This document shows, piece after piece, positions 51,225 through 64,000 of a stretch of DNA of 64,000 bases. Source of the stretch: Vicugna vicugna. Its lineage: Eukaryota. A model generated the notes under the pieces. That model was not told the origin of the DNA. It saw only the letters and a list, made by a program, of their open reading frames with translations, and did no database searches. Positions within the stretch are counted from its first letter, which is position 1, and every line of letters starts with the position of its first letter. The DNA lies in assembly GCA_013265495.1 (NCBI GenBank), contig MU057801.1, forward strand, positions 3,006,765 through 3,070,764, read 5' to 3'. The translations under genes and the position numbers were made by a program.

Positions 51225-52730
51225 GGATAAGAAGTGACTACAAACCCAGTGGCTTAAAAGAAAACATGTGTTGTCGCACCCAGGTTGGCTGGGTCCTCTG
51301 CTCAGGATCTCACCAGGCTGAAATCCAGGTGTCATTCAGGGCTGCAGTCTCATCTGCGCTCCTGGTCCTCTTCCAAGCTCACCGGTTATTGACAAAATTC
51401 TGCTCCTTGCAACCGCAGAACTGAAGCCTCAACTGCTAGAGGCCACGTGGCCCGCTCCACAACGGGGCAGTGTGCTTCTTCAAGGTGAACAGGAGACTCT
51501 CTGACTTCTGACAAAGCCTGAACCCTTTTCGAGGGCTCACCTGATTAGGTCCGGTCCACCCGAAATAGCCTTTCTTTTTATTAACTCAAAGCCAACTGGT
51601 TTCTTGAGTCTTTACCTGGCCAACCTATTTAAAATTTCAACCCCAGCCCCTCATCACGGTACTCCTTCTTTCCTTTCTTGCTTCTTGTGTGTCCACAGCA
51701 CTCATGACTATGGAATCTTATGACATATTTGTGTTTATTATGTCTCTCACTCTGCTAGAATATACACCCCTTGACTTCATGGATGCTTGTCTATTTTATC
51801 CATCACTGTAGGACAATAACATATACAACAATGTCTTGATCAGCTGACATGCCACAAACACATTTAATTAGTTAATTAATTAAAGGAATTGATGGGTATT
51901 TTACTGTGGGTCAAGAGCACAGATTCTTCATTTTGTTATAACTGCTGCTTTTTTAAAATTCTTGAAGTATAGTCAATTACAATGTGTCAATTTCTGGTGT
52001 AGAGCACAATGTCCCAGTCATGCATATACATACAATATTTGTTTTCATATTCTTTTTCATTAAAGATTATTACAAGATATTGAATATAGTTCCCTGTGCT
52101 CTACAGAAAAAATGTTTCTTACCCATTTTTATATATAGTGGCTACCATTTGGAAATCTCAAACTCCCAAATTTATCCCATCCCACCCCCTTCCCCCTCTC
52201 CACAACCATAACCCTAAGATTGTTTACTGTGTCTGCGAGTCTGTTCCTGTTATGTAGATGAGTTCATCAGTGTCCTCTTTTTTCTTTTTTTAGATTCCAC
52301 ATATGAGTGATATCATATGGTATTTTTCTTTCTCTTTCTGGCTGACTTCACTTAGAATGACGATCTCCAGGTCCTTCCATGTAGCTGCAAAATGCTTATT
52401 TATTTAATGAATGAATTAATGAATGACTCAAACCTTGGAAAGCTTTGAGGAACTCAAACACAGAAAAATGTAACTGAAAGAGGTGAAGAAAACTATGGTA
52501 GACATGAAAAAATACTGTACACACACACACACACACACACACACAGAGCCAAATGGTTCTGGCTTTCATTACATCAGCAAATCCCTTTACCAGATATATA
52601 ACATAATTGCAGGAGTAAACTGCCATCATGTTCAGGAGTTCTTCGCACACTCAGGAGGAGATTTTGGAGAATGTGTACACTAGGGGGTAGGAAACTTGGG
52701 AGCCACCTTAGAAGTCTGTCTACCACAAAT
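51225..52730. mobile_element. MLT1-type MaLR LTR split by L2-like and L1 3' (about 51950-52395, minus) sequence and a (CA)n tract
   Basis: 5' piece cagtggcttaaaag...caccaggctgaaatccaggtgtc; 3' piece ...gggagccaccttagaagtctgtctaccaca. Confidence 0.6.
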
Positions 52731-53985
52731 CCTCATCAAAGAAATTTCTAAGGATATACTTCAAGATAGGAAAATAATCTCAGATAGAAGATCTGAGACA
52801 TAAAAAAGAACAGTGAGCAAAGAAAATATTAAATATATGGGTAAATCTACGCAAATATCAACTGATAAAAATATCAATTTTGTTATTGAAAATAACAAAA
52901 TACCTGATTTATGAAATTAATGAAATAATTAAAATACTGGGTTACAAAAGTATACAAATTCAAAGGGAATGATTAATGTTGAAGAATTCTAAGATCTATG
53001 TACTGTTTAAAAGAAAAATAAAGATATTGATTAAAGATACTGTTAAATTAAACATACAGGTTAAAATTTTTAGACAAACCAATAAAGAACAGAAATAGAC
53101 TGTATACTTTCAAAACAAGAGAGGGAGGTTTAAAATGGAAAAATTACTCCACTGCACCCTAAGATGCTCCTTCCCAGCCTTCTGTCCTCACTCAGGGCCA
53201 GACTGGTCTCACTGTCTGGTGGGTCTCCCAGCTTCTCCCAGCTTCTCCTCCATTTTCCCTCACAGCTATTTCCCCTGTCAAGTTTCTTGTACACCTAATC
53301 CTCAATTAATTGACATTTGCTTCTCATATGATGTCCCTGGATGAACACAAATTCATTTTATAAAATGAATACACCCACGACAGCAAAACCAGACAATGGC
53401 AATGTAAGTAAGGAAAAGGGCAGTATAGCCAGTCTTATTTATGGACGCAGCAAAAAGTTCCAGACGAAAGCATGAGCATACTAAATTTAGCACTGTATAT
53501 GAAAGTAATACTCTGACCAAGTTGGTTTAAAAGCAAGTTTGGTTTCATACTAGAAAATCAATTAAGGTCTCGGAAAAGAAACAAGATTTATCATAGCTGA
53601 AAGGGGAGAAACAAATCTGTTATTATCCCTCGATGGTGTGATGTTCTATGTGGAAAAACTACAGATAACTTATTAGAATTAGAGAACTTAATAAAGTTGT
53701 ATGATACATGATTAATATATGAGTTTTAAAATACCACATGCAATAGCATAAAAAGCAGGGTACCTGGAATTACAGTAAAACTTATGCATGATCTTTATGG
53801 ATAAAATTATTAAAAACTTTATGAAGGTATTAATGAGACTTAAATAGATGTAAGTACACCGTGTTCACGTTCAGGGCCACTCGCTATCATACACACATCG
53901 ATCCTCCCACGTAGATGCAGCGCAATCCCAAAAGGATTTGTTTGTGTGAAATTTGAAAAGCTGATTCCAAAAGTTATGCTGATGA

Positions 53986-54077
53986 GGGAGAGGGTGTGGC
54001 TCAGCGGCATAGAGCGTGCTCAGCATGCACGAGGTCCTAGGTTCAATCCCTAGGACTCCCATTAAAAAAAAAAAAAC
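53986..54077 (+). mobile_element. tRNA-derived SINE (vic-1 type) with TSD
   Basis: gggagagggtgtggctcagcggcatagagcgtgctcagcatgcacgaggtcctaggttcaatccc plus poly-A. TSD aaa(g/c)tt(a/c)tgctgatga at 53970-53985 and 54078-54093. Confidence 0.9.
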
Positions 54078-54119
54078 AAACTTCTGCTGATGAACAAAGA
54101 CCCTAGAAAAGAAGCAGTG

Positions 54120-54590
54120 GGCTCTCACGCCGAGAATTCACCTGCCTTATCACATGACTCAGAGCCTAGTAGAAGCTGGCTCGATAGAAAGATGGAACCA
54201 TTACGGGGCTCTTACCGAACCAGCTGGGACACAACACCCTGAGAAGCTGGGGTGCAGCCCTACAGCACGTGGTGTATGCCTTCGTCCAGAGGACACTACG
54301 TGGTGCTGCCTCCCTGAAGCCAGGACCCGAGAGGCACAGGTGGAAGCCCCCCTTTCCCTGGCGCCCTAATAGCCACCACCGGAAGGACTTTCTCTCCCCG
54401 TCATCACAACGTGGGGCTCGGTAGGTCTGGAGATCCTAGTGCCCAAGCGATGAACACTTCCATCTGAGAACTGACTATAAAGTGGAAGCTGAAACTGCCC
54501 TCAGGCTAAGCTGAGCTCTCATGCACCGGAGCCAACAGGAAGAGGAAGTGGTCATTACACCGAACAAGGTGATTGACTGACCCTTGGAAC
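54120..54590 (+). mobile_element. ERVL internal remnant (integrase C-terminus / dUTPase-like region)
   Basis: Degenerate EAGSIERWN, GLEILVP and KWKLKLPSG, matching the ERVL order EAAGLIERWN...GLEVLVP...NWKLRLPPG. Confidence 0.65.
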
Positions 54591-54668
54591 TGACAAGCAG
54601 AAGGCATAATCTGAGTGAGGGCTGGGAGTCGGGGGAAGGTGGCGAGTCAGGGCGGGGGTCACAGAGGG

Positions 54669-57600
54669 TCAGCTCATCTTGTCTAGATGTGTTAGTCGGG
54701 CTGAAGTATCCCAGAGGCTTTGGGCGACGTGAGGATCTCGGGCAGCTTTAGGGGCAAGAGTCATCACACAGGAACTGCTAGAATGTTTTCCAGAAATGCC
54801 ATGTAGCTCCTTTGCCAAGCTCAGGTAGAGCGCTGGGACTGCACCCTGTCTGCTGTTCTGCAGAGACATGGGGGTGGGGGGGAGGAGGAGGGATAAAAGC
54901 CAGGCAGGCTGTAGCCTGAAGGGACACACTGCGCAGCAGACCCCCTGCCCCAAGCCCTTCAGGCAGAGCCAGATCCTCCCCACCCACCCTAAAGAAGAGG
55001 CTGAGCCAGAAGATGAAACGATGGAACAAGAGAAATTCTTCATGGTCTCCGTGTATACAACGCCAGGGTCCACGGAGCTCACAGTCACACCTGCGAGAGG
55101 GAGAAACAGGTGTAGTGCAAAGCAGAGAGGAGGAAAGGGTTAAACATGGTTCTACAACGTGCGAAAAAGGGAGGACCCTACCAGCCCTGCTGGGTGGAGG
55201 TGACCCGGAAGTCAGGGTTCTGTAACTCACATGAATGGCGATATCCGACCAGGAAGGGGACTTCAGTGCTTGAAACTGTTGGATGAACTTTAGCGGGGAG
55301 CACAGTGGATGGTGTTGGTATTGGAAAGTACTGGGAGAGGGAGTTGTGGGCGATGAGAATTGGAAGAAAGGTTGAAGAGGAGATGTGAAGATGGGGTTGA
55401 GAGAAACAGAGGGCACACAGATGATAAAGGGTGGAGGTAAACAGCTGGCTCGGGGGATACTGGGAATATTTCATGGACAGAATATGTTGGGATGAGATGT
55501 GAAGGACTGAGAGGTGCCTTGGGAGTGGAGGAGTAGGGGCTGCCAGAGGCAAATACCTGTCCCTTGAAGTCTCTGGGCCAGCTTCCCAGCGAATGAGGCC
55601 AAAGGCATTTGCTGCAATCATAGTTCTGGTTGAAGGTCAAAGGTCTGCCAGCCCCCATCAGATGTTCCTCATCAATGTACCCTTTCTCTTCCCGGAAGGA
55701 AGACACATTGGCCACTCGGGCTGCCCCTGCCCGTTGTAGGGTCCCTGGGAGGAGGGAGGACCACACACTTTCAGCGCAAGTCCTGCAGCAGACTCCCCTG
55801 CCCACTCCCCAGCCTGCTTCTTCATGAGACTCCAGGAGAGCAGGCCGCCCACGCAGGCGCCCAGGTGAGGCGCAGGACGGCTGAATGTGGCCTGAGACTG
55901 CATTTCCATCTCAGTTGCTTTCCTCAGGCTTTCTCTCCTGTTTTATTTAGTGTGTCTTTTGTTTTGTTTGGGGGTTTTGTTTTTTGTTTCTTGTGGGGTT
56001 TTTTTTGCCTAAAATAAAAGTGGAGTTTTGCCTTGCTTTTCTTCCACTTGCCAGCTGGAGGTAATGTAATTGATCCTGGTTCATGTTTTTAATCTCAGTG
56101 AGGGCTAAGAGGGGGAAGGAGAGACTGGAAATGCTGTGAAAGCTGTCTTTCACACATTCATACACTCAGTCACTTACTTATTCATCGCGCGACTATCCAT
56201 TAGGCCCCTGGACCCCGGCAGACACAACCTATGGGCTAAGGACATACAGGTGCTAAGTTCAGGGGAAAAGAAACATATGCAGAGATACTTGGAAAAGTGG
56301 GGCTTAAAAAAAACTTTTTAAACTACCTTCAGAAAGAAAGTGTAATTAGTATCAAGAGAACAAGTTAAATCTTAAAAAAAGAAAAAGAAAAAAAGAGTAT
56401 CTAATAAAAAAAAAGTCTGGATTATAGAAAGTGTGAAAAATACTAGCTGTCACGTATGAGTTTGCCTGTTGTTTCAAAATGCTAAAACTGTCTTGAGCCT
56501 ACATTTAAAGGAAGAATCACAAATGAAAAGCTGAGCAGGAGGTATCTAGCCAAAACCTGCTGGAGAGAAAATCATTCTTAAAGAGGACAATGGACCCAAA
56601 CTCGCAGACACAGTGACGTGAAGGCCAAGGGGGCTCGCAGCCGAGCTGGAGGCTGATCTTCATGCAGCAGCATCAGGGCAGGAGCAGAGACATGCACAGG
56701 GGCCTCAGGAGCCCTGGAAGTGGGGCAGCCGGGGAGGCAGAGGGGTGAGGGCAGAGCCCACAGCACAGGCGGTATCTGTGCTGGGTGTGGGCAGCTGAGC
56801 TAGCGCTACTCTACCTTAAAGGGATGGGAAGGGATATTCCAGATAAAGGGAAACAGACGTGCAAAAGCGCAGCCAGAATTAAAAAACAGAGTGGTCCAAG
56901 AGACACAGATCGGCTGGCTGGTGACAAGAGTGTAGGTCTGGGAAAGGCAACGGTGAGGTTCCCAGTCTGCAGACGGACTTGTAAGTGGGGAGAAGCAGCT
57001 TAGTTTTTATGTCTATAAAGCACAGATCACCTTCAAAGACCTGAAGCAAGACAGTGGTATGACGAACGGTGATTTGGTGGCAGGAGGGGAGACAGGAGAG
57101 AAGACAGTTTAAGGAACTGTCATAAGCGAGGCACAGACAGGATGTTGCAGCATAGTGCGCATTTTGGAAAGGGGAAGAAACATATGTACTTGCAAATGTG
57201 CAGAGTCTGGCCTTGCTCTTTCTCCACTTTCCAGGTGGGGCCACTTTAATTGCCCCCCAGGAGGGGGGTGGGCAGCTGCTTCTCAAGGAGAGGAGACTTC
57301 TTCCCTTTCCTTTTATTCCTTTTCTCCTTTTTTCCTGCATACCCTCTTGTACACTTTCATGCTTTCGATTTTGTTCTTTGTATTACCTGGCCAAAAACTA
57401 ACCAGCTTCCTCAGAGGCTATTAGACAACCTGGAAAACATTGTTAGGGAGGATGTGCCTGCCACCCACCCCCACCTCCCCAGGAAGAACCTCCTCAACCC
57501 CAGCAGCCCAGTGACCTCAGGAAGCTTCTGCTGAGACGCCTGACTCCTGGCCGGGCTAGTACGCAGACCTGGGGAAGGAGAGGCGGCCGGTACAGATCTT

Positions 57601-58785
57601 ACACCTTCTTGTATTTGGGGCTGACTGATTCGGTTACCAGCCTCCTAATCCTGGCTGGTGCCAAGTGGGTTCCCCTGCTGTGTCCAGCAAAAGTGTACTG
57701 GGTCATCGTTCAGCAAGCATCTGGGTGCCATGGGAGGCGGTAAGCCACGACAATGCCAGAGGAGTGAAGACACAGGGGCAGCACAGAAGATAAGCACCCA
57801 ACCTTCCTTACCTTGGAGCAGATTTGTGAGCAGAAAGGGTCCAGTGTAGTTGGTGGCAAGGGTGACAGCAAGGCCCTCTGGAGCACGTGTTGTGGGCAAT
57901 CATGGGAGGAGACGAAAACACAGGTGGTGGGTGATGGAATGACAGCCCTGAGGGAGATGGTGTCTGGGGAGGATATAGTGAGGTTCAGTAGAAAAAGCCC
58001 CAGGAGCACGTATGTGCCAACATCGGGGCAGTGAAGTGTGAAGCTACAACTTAAGGTAGGCTTTTTAGGACAGTGTCCGAATTAAGGGTGTTGCCACAGG
58101 ACATGCAGATTAGGCTTAGGGGATGCCTGTTTTGGGGTCCCTGAGCCAGAAAGGAGGCTCCTGAAATGTATTTAGGGGAAGTCAGTCAAGACACACACCG
58201 CAGACTGCAGCATTGTTAACCAGTAGGTGTATCTCTGGATGCTCACGCAGAAGCCACTGAGCAAAGCTCCGGATGGAGGCCATCGAGCTCACGTCCACCT
58301 CACCAAGCAGGAGCTGGCTGCTCTGTGAGGCTGCTCGTATCTGGGCCAGGGCTCGCTGTCCACGCTCACGGCTGTGGCAGGCCAGGATCACACGCGCCCC
58401 GCGGCGGGCCAGCTCCTGGGACACAGCCTTCCCAATGCCTGTGGGAGGGCAGCTTCAGAGAAGGCTGGTCCGGGGAGCGCGGAGAGGGCAGCGGAGCAAG
58501 GGGAGAGACAAGGGTCTGACAGAGGGTGCTGATCCTCCTCTCTGCCCTCCCTGTTGGGGCTGTTGGAGGCTGTGGCCTGTGTGAGGTGACAGGGCAGGAT
58601 GAGCACTCACCGCTCTTGGCCCCAGTCACCACTGCCGTCTTCCCGGTCAGGTCTGTGGAGCAGTGCTGGAGGTCCCAGAGATAACACTTTTGCCAGGTAT
58701 ACACACTTAGTCTAAGCAGGAGGACCACAGTGAGGACAGAGCTGGGCCCCCAGACTGGGGTGCAGAGTAGAAACCACAGTGACAT
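54669..58785 (-). pseudogene. Six-exon RDH11/RDH12/DHRS13-like short-chain dehydrogenase pseudogene (exons 58785-58611, 58438-58199, 57901-57812, 55744-55557, 55090-54988, 54857-54669)
   Basis: N-terminal hydrophobic anchor, TGAKSGIG (TGxxxGxG), LVNNAAV, TNYTGPFLLTNLL, NVSS, catalytic YDCSK, VDPGVV and QSLWDTS. Lesions: exon 3 acceptor is AT instead of AG, exon 4 is 188 nt (one short), exon 5 is 103 nt (one short). Confidence 0.9.
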
Positions 58786-59467
58786 AGCAGAGAATGCTGG
58801 CCTGTCAGTGGAAGGTTGCCCACATAGAAGGTGGGGAGGGACTAGCCAAAGCGAAACGGAGACTAACCAAGAGGTTGGCGTGGAGCAGACCCAAAATTTA
58901 AGGAGGCATTCTCTCTTGGAAGTGTTGGAGCTCCCCGTTTGAACCTGAGAGTGAGTTCCTCCTTTAATTGTTTTCCCTAGTAACCTGACTGCCTCACTCC
59001 AATGCTGGCCCATGTCAAAGGTCAAGAGAGCTGGGACTACCCTGAGCCCTGCATAGGCTCAGATTTGTCTCCACATGAAACTTGGATTTGCGCGCTAAGG
59101 TGAACTGAGAGAGACCCAGGGACTAGAAATCAAATTCCTCATGCCTTGAATCGCTCTGTGCTCATGCAGGGCCATCCCCTTCCTCCCCTACTGGAATGAG
59201 ACTCAATGAACACTCCAAACTGAGACAGACCCCCACTCGCAACTCTTACGTCTGCTCCTTTGCGGACAGATGGCTCTCCAGACTGCCTCTGCTGGGGAGT
59301 CACCTTGGCCCTAAAGCAGGGTCCCCTAAGGGTGGTAATGCACTTATTCCCGGGAGTCAGTGTTCTATCTTCTAGGCCTGCAGGACAACTGCTCCTCTCC
59401 AGTTCCGTGAGCGCACACTTCGAAGAAACTGAAAGGCATGGGGCCAATTGTTAAGGCAACGCGGGTG

Positions 59468-60177
59468 TTTATTTCTGGCAGGCAGACAGAAGGTAGGCGG
59501 GATTCCCACTGCCTGAGGTTCAGGGCCCAGAATGGGGCAGGTGCTTGGAGGGGAGTGATGATATTTGGGGACCTGAGTTTTTTGTTGGCTGTGCCACCGT
59601 CACTTGGGGTTCTGGGGCACCCGTGTGGATGGGACGAGAGGTGCTGTCCTCTTTGTCCTCCTGTTGAGGTTCAGCAGGGCTAAGCAGCTGCTTGGTGGCT
59701 GGGTTCCACGTGCTCGCACCAGGAGCCATCTTCAGCACTTTCGGCAGCAACGTGGGCTTCCTCACCACCTGGGACATGGCCTTGAGAACTCCAGGCACAG
59801 GGTGAGGCCCCTTCTGAAGATCCTGGCTCTCCTGATCCTTGGGGTCCAGGCCCTGCAGGAGTATGCGGGTGCAGCCCACCCACAGCTCACGCAGCAACTG
59901 GGCCTCCCCCTCCCAGCTGCTGGGTCACTAGGAACCCGGCCAGAGTTTGGATCTGGGGCTGCGGGCCACAGTGGGGAGCCCCAGGTGCGTGGTGAGAATG
60001 CAGAGGCTAGGACTGGGGAAGGGCAGCTTCGAAGCGAAGCCTGGTGACGGTAAGCCTAGGTTTCAAGCAGGGAATTGGAGGCTGGGGCTGGGACCCAACT
60101 CTCAGATGGGAACCCCAGGCAGGAGAGGGAAGAAAACTGACGGCGAGATGTGGACACAGGAGACAGAGGACCTAAGG
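59468..60177 (-). pseudogene. C2orf81-like paralog, ancestral last exon: internally deleted, with 4 in-frame stops; poly-A signal retained
   Basis: One frame reads HISPSVFFPLLPGVPI*ELGPSPSLQFPA*NLGLPSPGFASKLPFP...KLWPGS**PSSWEGEAQLLRELW...KHLPHSGP* (end 59520). Minus-strand AATAAA at 59473-59468. Confidence 0.75.
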
Positions 60178-60265
60178 CTGGAGCAGTTCAGAGAGGCCCC
60201 GAAGAGAACAAAGACGTGGCGGGGCGGGAGGTGGGAGGTGAGCAGTAGCTGGGGGCTGGGCTTAC

Positions 60266-60864
<599 letters not shown>

Positions 60865-62559
60865 TCAAGTTGCCTAATAGGAAAGAAAAAACCTTTGAAA
60901 GGGACAGTTTACTAGGAGCCTAGTATGGGACAGATGCCTTCCGGGTGTGTGACCCAGCTAATTCAATTTTCCTAACAGCTCACTAAGCCCATTTTACAGA
61001 CAAAGAAACTTAAACTTGGCAGAAGTCAACCTATACTTGCTTGAGATTAGACTCTGAACCCAGGCTATGTGTGGCTCTAACCACAGAGTCCTTGTTATTT
61101 GCACTAGTTTAAAGTGTTCAAAACTCTTCAGAGTTCAAAGAACTTAAGAAAGATGAGTCAACAAACAGTGCTGGAATTACTGGTGTGTTTAGAGTCTCCT
61201 CCCCTCCCCCAAATCAACTTAGGTCCTCATTTCACAATATACATCTCAATAAATTCCAGCTGAATTAAAGGATAAACACACACACACAAATAAAAGAACA
61301 TAAAAACAAAAAATAAAATGTAGGAAAAGTAGTTTAAATTGTTATATAACCTCTGGGTGAGAGAGAACTACCTAAGCATAAAAGTCATGTAAGAAATGGG
61401 TAGAAAAGTGTATACATATAGGTCAAACTTTCCTGTTATTTTTTTTAAATATTCCGATTTACAAGCTGATAATAGTAATTTCCACTTACTGCCACTTAAA
61501 CCCTATCAGTCATATACATGGATTCAATTGCCACATTTTTTAGTATATGTACGAAAATACTAGAGTATCTTATCCCCATTTTACAGAATTTGCCCAGGAT
61601 CAGAGAGCAAGGAAGTAGTGGAGTCATAATTCGTATGCAGACAGGTCAGACTCCAGAACTTGACTTTCTCCTGCTTCCTAAACAAATACAAATATTTCCA
61701 ACAAATATTAAAAAGGATAAATATCCCCCAAAATACTAAAAATGCACATACAATTTTTTAAAAATTGTAAGACTCCCAAGAACAATAAGCAAAGGACATA
61801 ATATATCATAAAACTGGAACTGTGGATGACAGCATTTGAAAAGACGTGCAACTTTCAAAAATATGAACTCCAGTTTTATAAATATACCAAAAAGCATATT
61901 CTGAAATGAAAATAAAAATATACTCTCTAAAATATTTCCTGTAATGTCATTTATGACAGCAGAATGCTGAAAACATAGATCTAACAAAAAGAGAAAAGAC
62001 GGCTAATTGTGTACGGGCTATGTGATGGAATATTATCCCATGGTTGGAGGTAATCTTTAGGAAGAATTTACAATAGAGTAGTTAAATAGTTATATGTTAA
62101 ATGAAAGAAACAGGATACAAAATTACATCAGGTATGATCTCAGATATGTAAATCAACAGGTGCTGAAGAAAAGGAAAAGCCCAAAATTGTAACAGTGGGA
62201 AAAAATTTCTGTAACAGTGGATGTTTCTTTTCTACACTCCTCTCCATTTTGTAAGGTTTCTACAACGATTTTGTATCCTTTCAGAATCAAGAAAAATCCA
62301 CTGAGAAGGAAAACAAAACCCTAGACCCCCAAACCCATTAACGACACAGGAATTTACTAGCAGACTCTTAGGCGCCTCCTCACTCCCCCACAAGTTTCCC
62401 TGACCCTGATTCCTTCCAAAATTCACCTCCCAACAAAATCTTCCCAAGCCTTTGCCCCCCCACCCCAACCTTACTGCCTCATACATGGTGTTCCCCCAAA
62501 TTCATTCTCCTTCATCCTGAGTTCCCTAAACCTCACGCTGAGCTCAGAACTCCTCAAGC

Positions 62560-63470
62560 CTCGCTGCCCCTCTCTGCCGGCGGGACAGCCCTGGAGGCAA
62601 GCCCGGGGAACGGCCGCAACTCAGCCCCGGCTTGGCCGGAGCAGGGCAGGCAGTGTGGGAGAGGAGGGTCCGTCTCTCCTCCCGAAATTCTCAGAAGGGC
62701 TCATTCCCCTAGCGACTGCTCTCCCTGGGCCTGGCCGCTGCTGGTTGCTGCCTTGAAGCGGGCGACTCAACGTGACAGGCTTCCTACGCGCACCGGCAGC
62801 TCCCAGTCACGGCTCGCTCCTGGGCTCCGCGCCCCCCGCCGAGCCCCGCCCCCGGCTTCCCGGCGCGACGGCGCGTCTGCGTGCGCGCGGCGCAGGCGGG
62901 GCTTCCCGCCCCGGCGCACGGACGCGGCTCCCCCGACCGCCCGAGCGCCCGCGTGGCGGGCGGGCGCCTGCGCTCCGAGCCGGCCCCGGACGCGGCCCCG
63001 GGTCCGAACGGGCGGTCCCCGCTCTGGCGCAGCCTCCGCTGAGCTTCAGCTCACCGAGCCTTTGTCCGCCATGGCCACAGCCGCGGCTCGGATGCCGCAG
63101 CTGCACGGCTTCCTAGTCCCTCCACGGCCGCGCCGGCCTAAGGGCGCTCCGTCGAACGGCGCCCCGTCTAACGGCCGCCCCGGCAGCCGCGCCGCGCACC
63201 GCACTTCCGGGTTGCTGGCCCCACCCACAGCCGTGCGTGCGTGCGTGCGTGCGTGCGTGCATCGTCTCCATAGCGGCGGCGGACGCGGAGGGACGAGGCT
63301 CCTGGAGAAAGGAGGCCGACCTGGGGCGCCCGGTGTGCGCGCTCACCTGGCCCGGGGTCTCGGGCCGCCGAGCGGAGGGAGACAGGGCCTGGGGGCTACC
63401 TTGCTTCATCCCGCCTCGGCTGGGGCTCTTTGGGCCACTGGGACCTGTGCCATCGCCGTGCTTTGAAAAA
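62560..63470. promoter_or_regulatory. CpG island promoter of the C2orf81-like gene, possibly bidirectional; includes a (GTGC)7 microsatellite at 63233-63260
   Basis: High CpG density; ETS site CACTTCCGG at 63202-63210; MYB-like TAACGG at about 63169-63174; X-box-like GTCTCCATAGCGGC at 63264-63277. Confidence 0.75.
63055..63072 (-). CDS. C2orf81-like paralog, coding exon 1 (MADKGS)
   Basis: gccATGG in strong Kozak context, 6 codons, donor TCG|GTGAGC. Joins exon 2 in phase 0 and parallels the MAHEGS start I recall for human C2orf81. Confidence 0.75.
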
Positions 63471-64000
63471 TTGCGTGGGTCTAATACTGACATTTTCTTT
63501 GTTTTTTTCTGTATGAACTGCAAAGACAAGTTTTTAGAAAACTGTATGCCTTAATACTGAAAGTATGAGATGAAAAGACTTCTTGCTTTTCCTAGTGGCA
63601 TAAAGTAACTTCAAATATTTTCTTTTCTTTTCTAGTCTTGGCATCCTTCTTCAGTATGGCATTCTCTATTTTTGGTTGAAACTTCTTTTATTTTCTAAAG
63701 CAGACATTGAAAATTACAGTTGATCTCTTTAAAGAGGCGATTTTCTGATAAAATGACAAGCTACTGCTTATTTGAAAGTATAGTCTGTTTTCACACATTT
63801 AATAAGTATACAAAAATATGGCACTGGTGTTACATTTAGGGTTAGCTTTCCCTTTATGATGCAGTAGCTAATATATGGATGATGTCTGAGTTGGATTATG
63901 TAGTTTGAAACAGACTTTTTTTTTTAAACCTTCAGTAGACATTTTTAAACACTTCACACTTGAATTGGTTTAAACCTAACAAAAAGATTATTTTAAAAAT

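Noticed and set aside
54669..55088. Open frame through RDH-like exon 5, intron 5 and exon 6 as a possible rescue isoform
   Set aside because: Intron retention offsets only the exon 5 frameshift. The upstream acceptor and exon 4 lesions remain.
62753..63554. ORFs of 237, 138 and 105 aa in the right CpG island
   Set aside because: Compositional ORFs. Only the MADKGS micro-exon has splice and homology support.

Overview
Mammalian genomic DNA, almost certainly camelid: it carries five vic-1-type tRNA-derived SINEs and camelid-type L1 ends. No prokaryotic features, CRISPR arrays or true RNA genes were found. One intact protein-coding gene is present: NANP (minus strand, 2 coding exons, 248 aa). 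A CpG island at the left edge is probably the NINL first exon (inferred from synteny). Upstream of NANP lies about 42 kb of dense L1/ERV sequence. It contains a decayed four-exon RALGDS-derived, CDRT15-like gene (17.5-19.1 kb), a degenerate telomere-like array (about 29 kb) and a nested L1-in-L1 whose inner copy lacks ORF2. The right end holds two tandem minus-strand genes: a six-exon RDH11/12/DHRS13-like SDR pseudogene with three readable lesions, and a C2orf81 paralog with three clean N-terminal exons and a stop-riddled ancestral last exon. That paralog is driven from a CpG island at about 63 kb. Homologue comparisons are from memory of the human proteins and need confirming by alignment. 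I did not find a clearly novel functional system; the best leads are the RALGDS-derived chimera and the truncated C2orf81 paralog.
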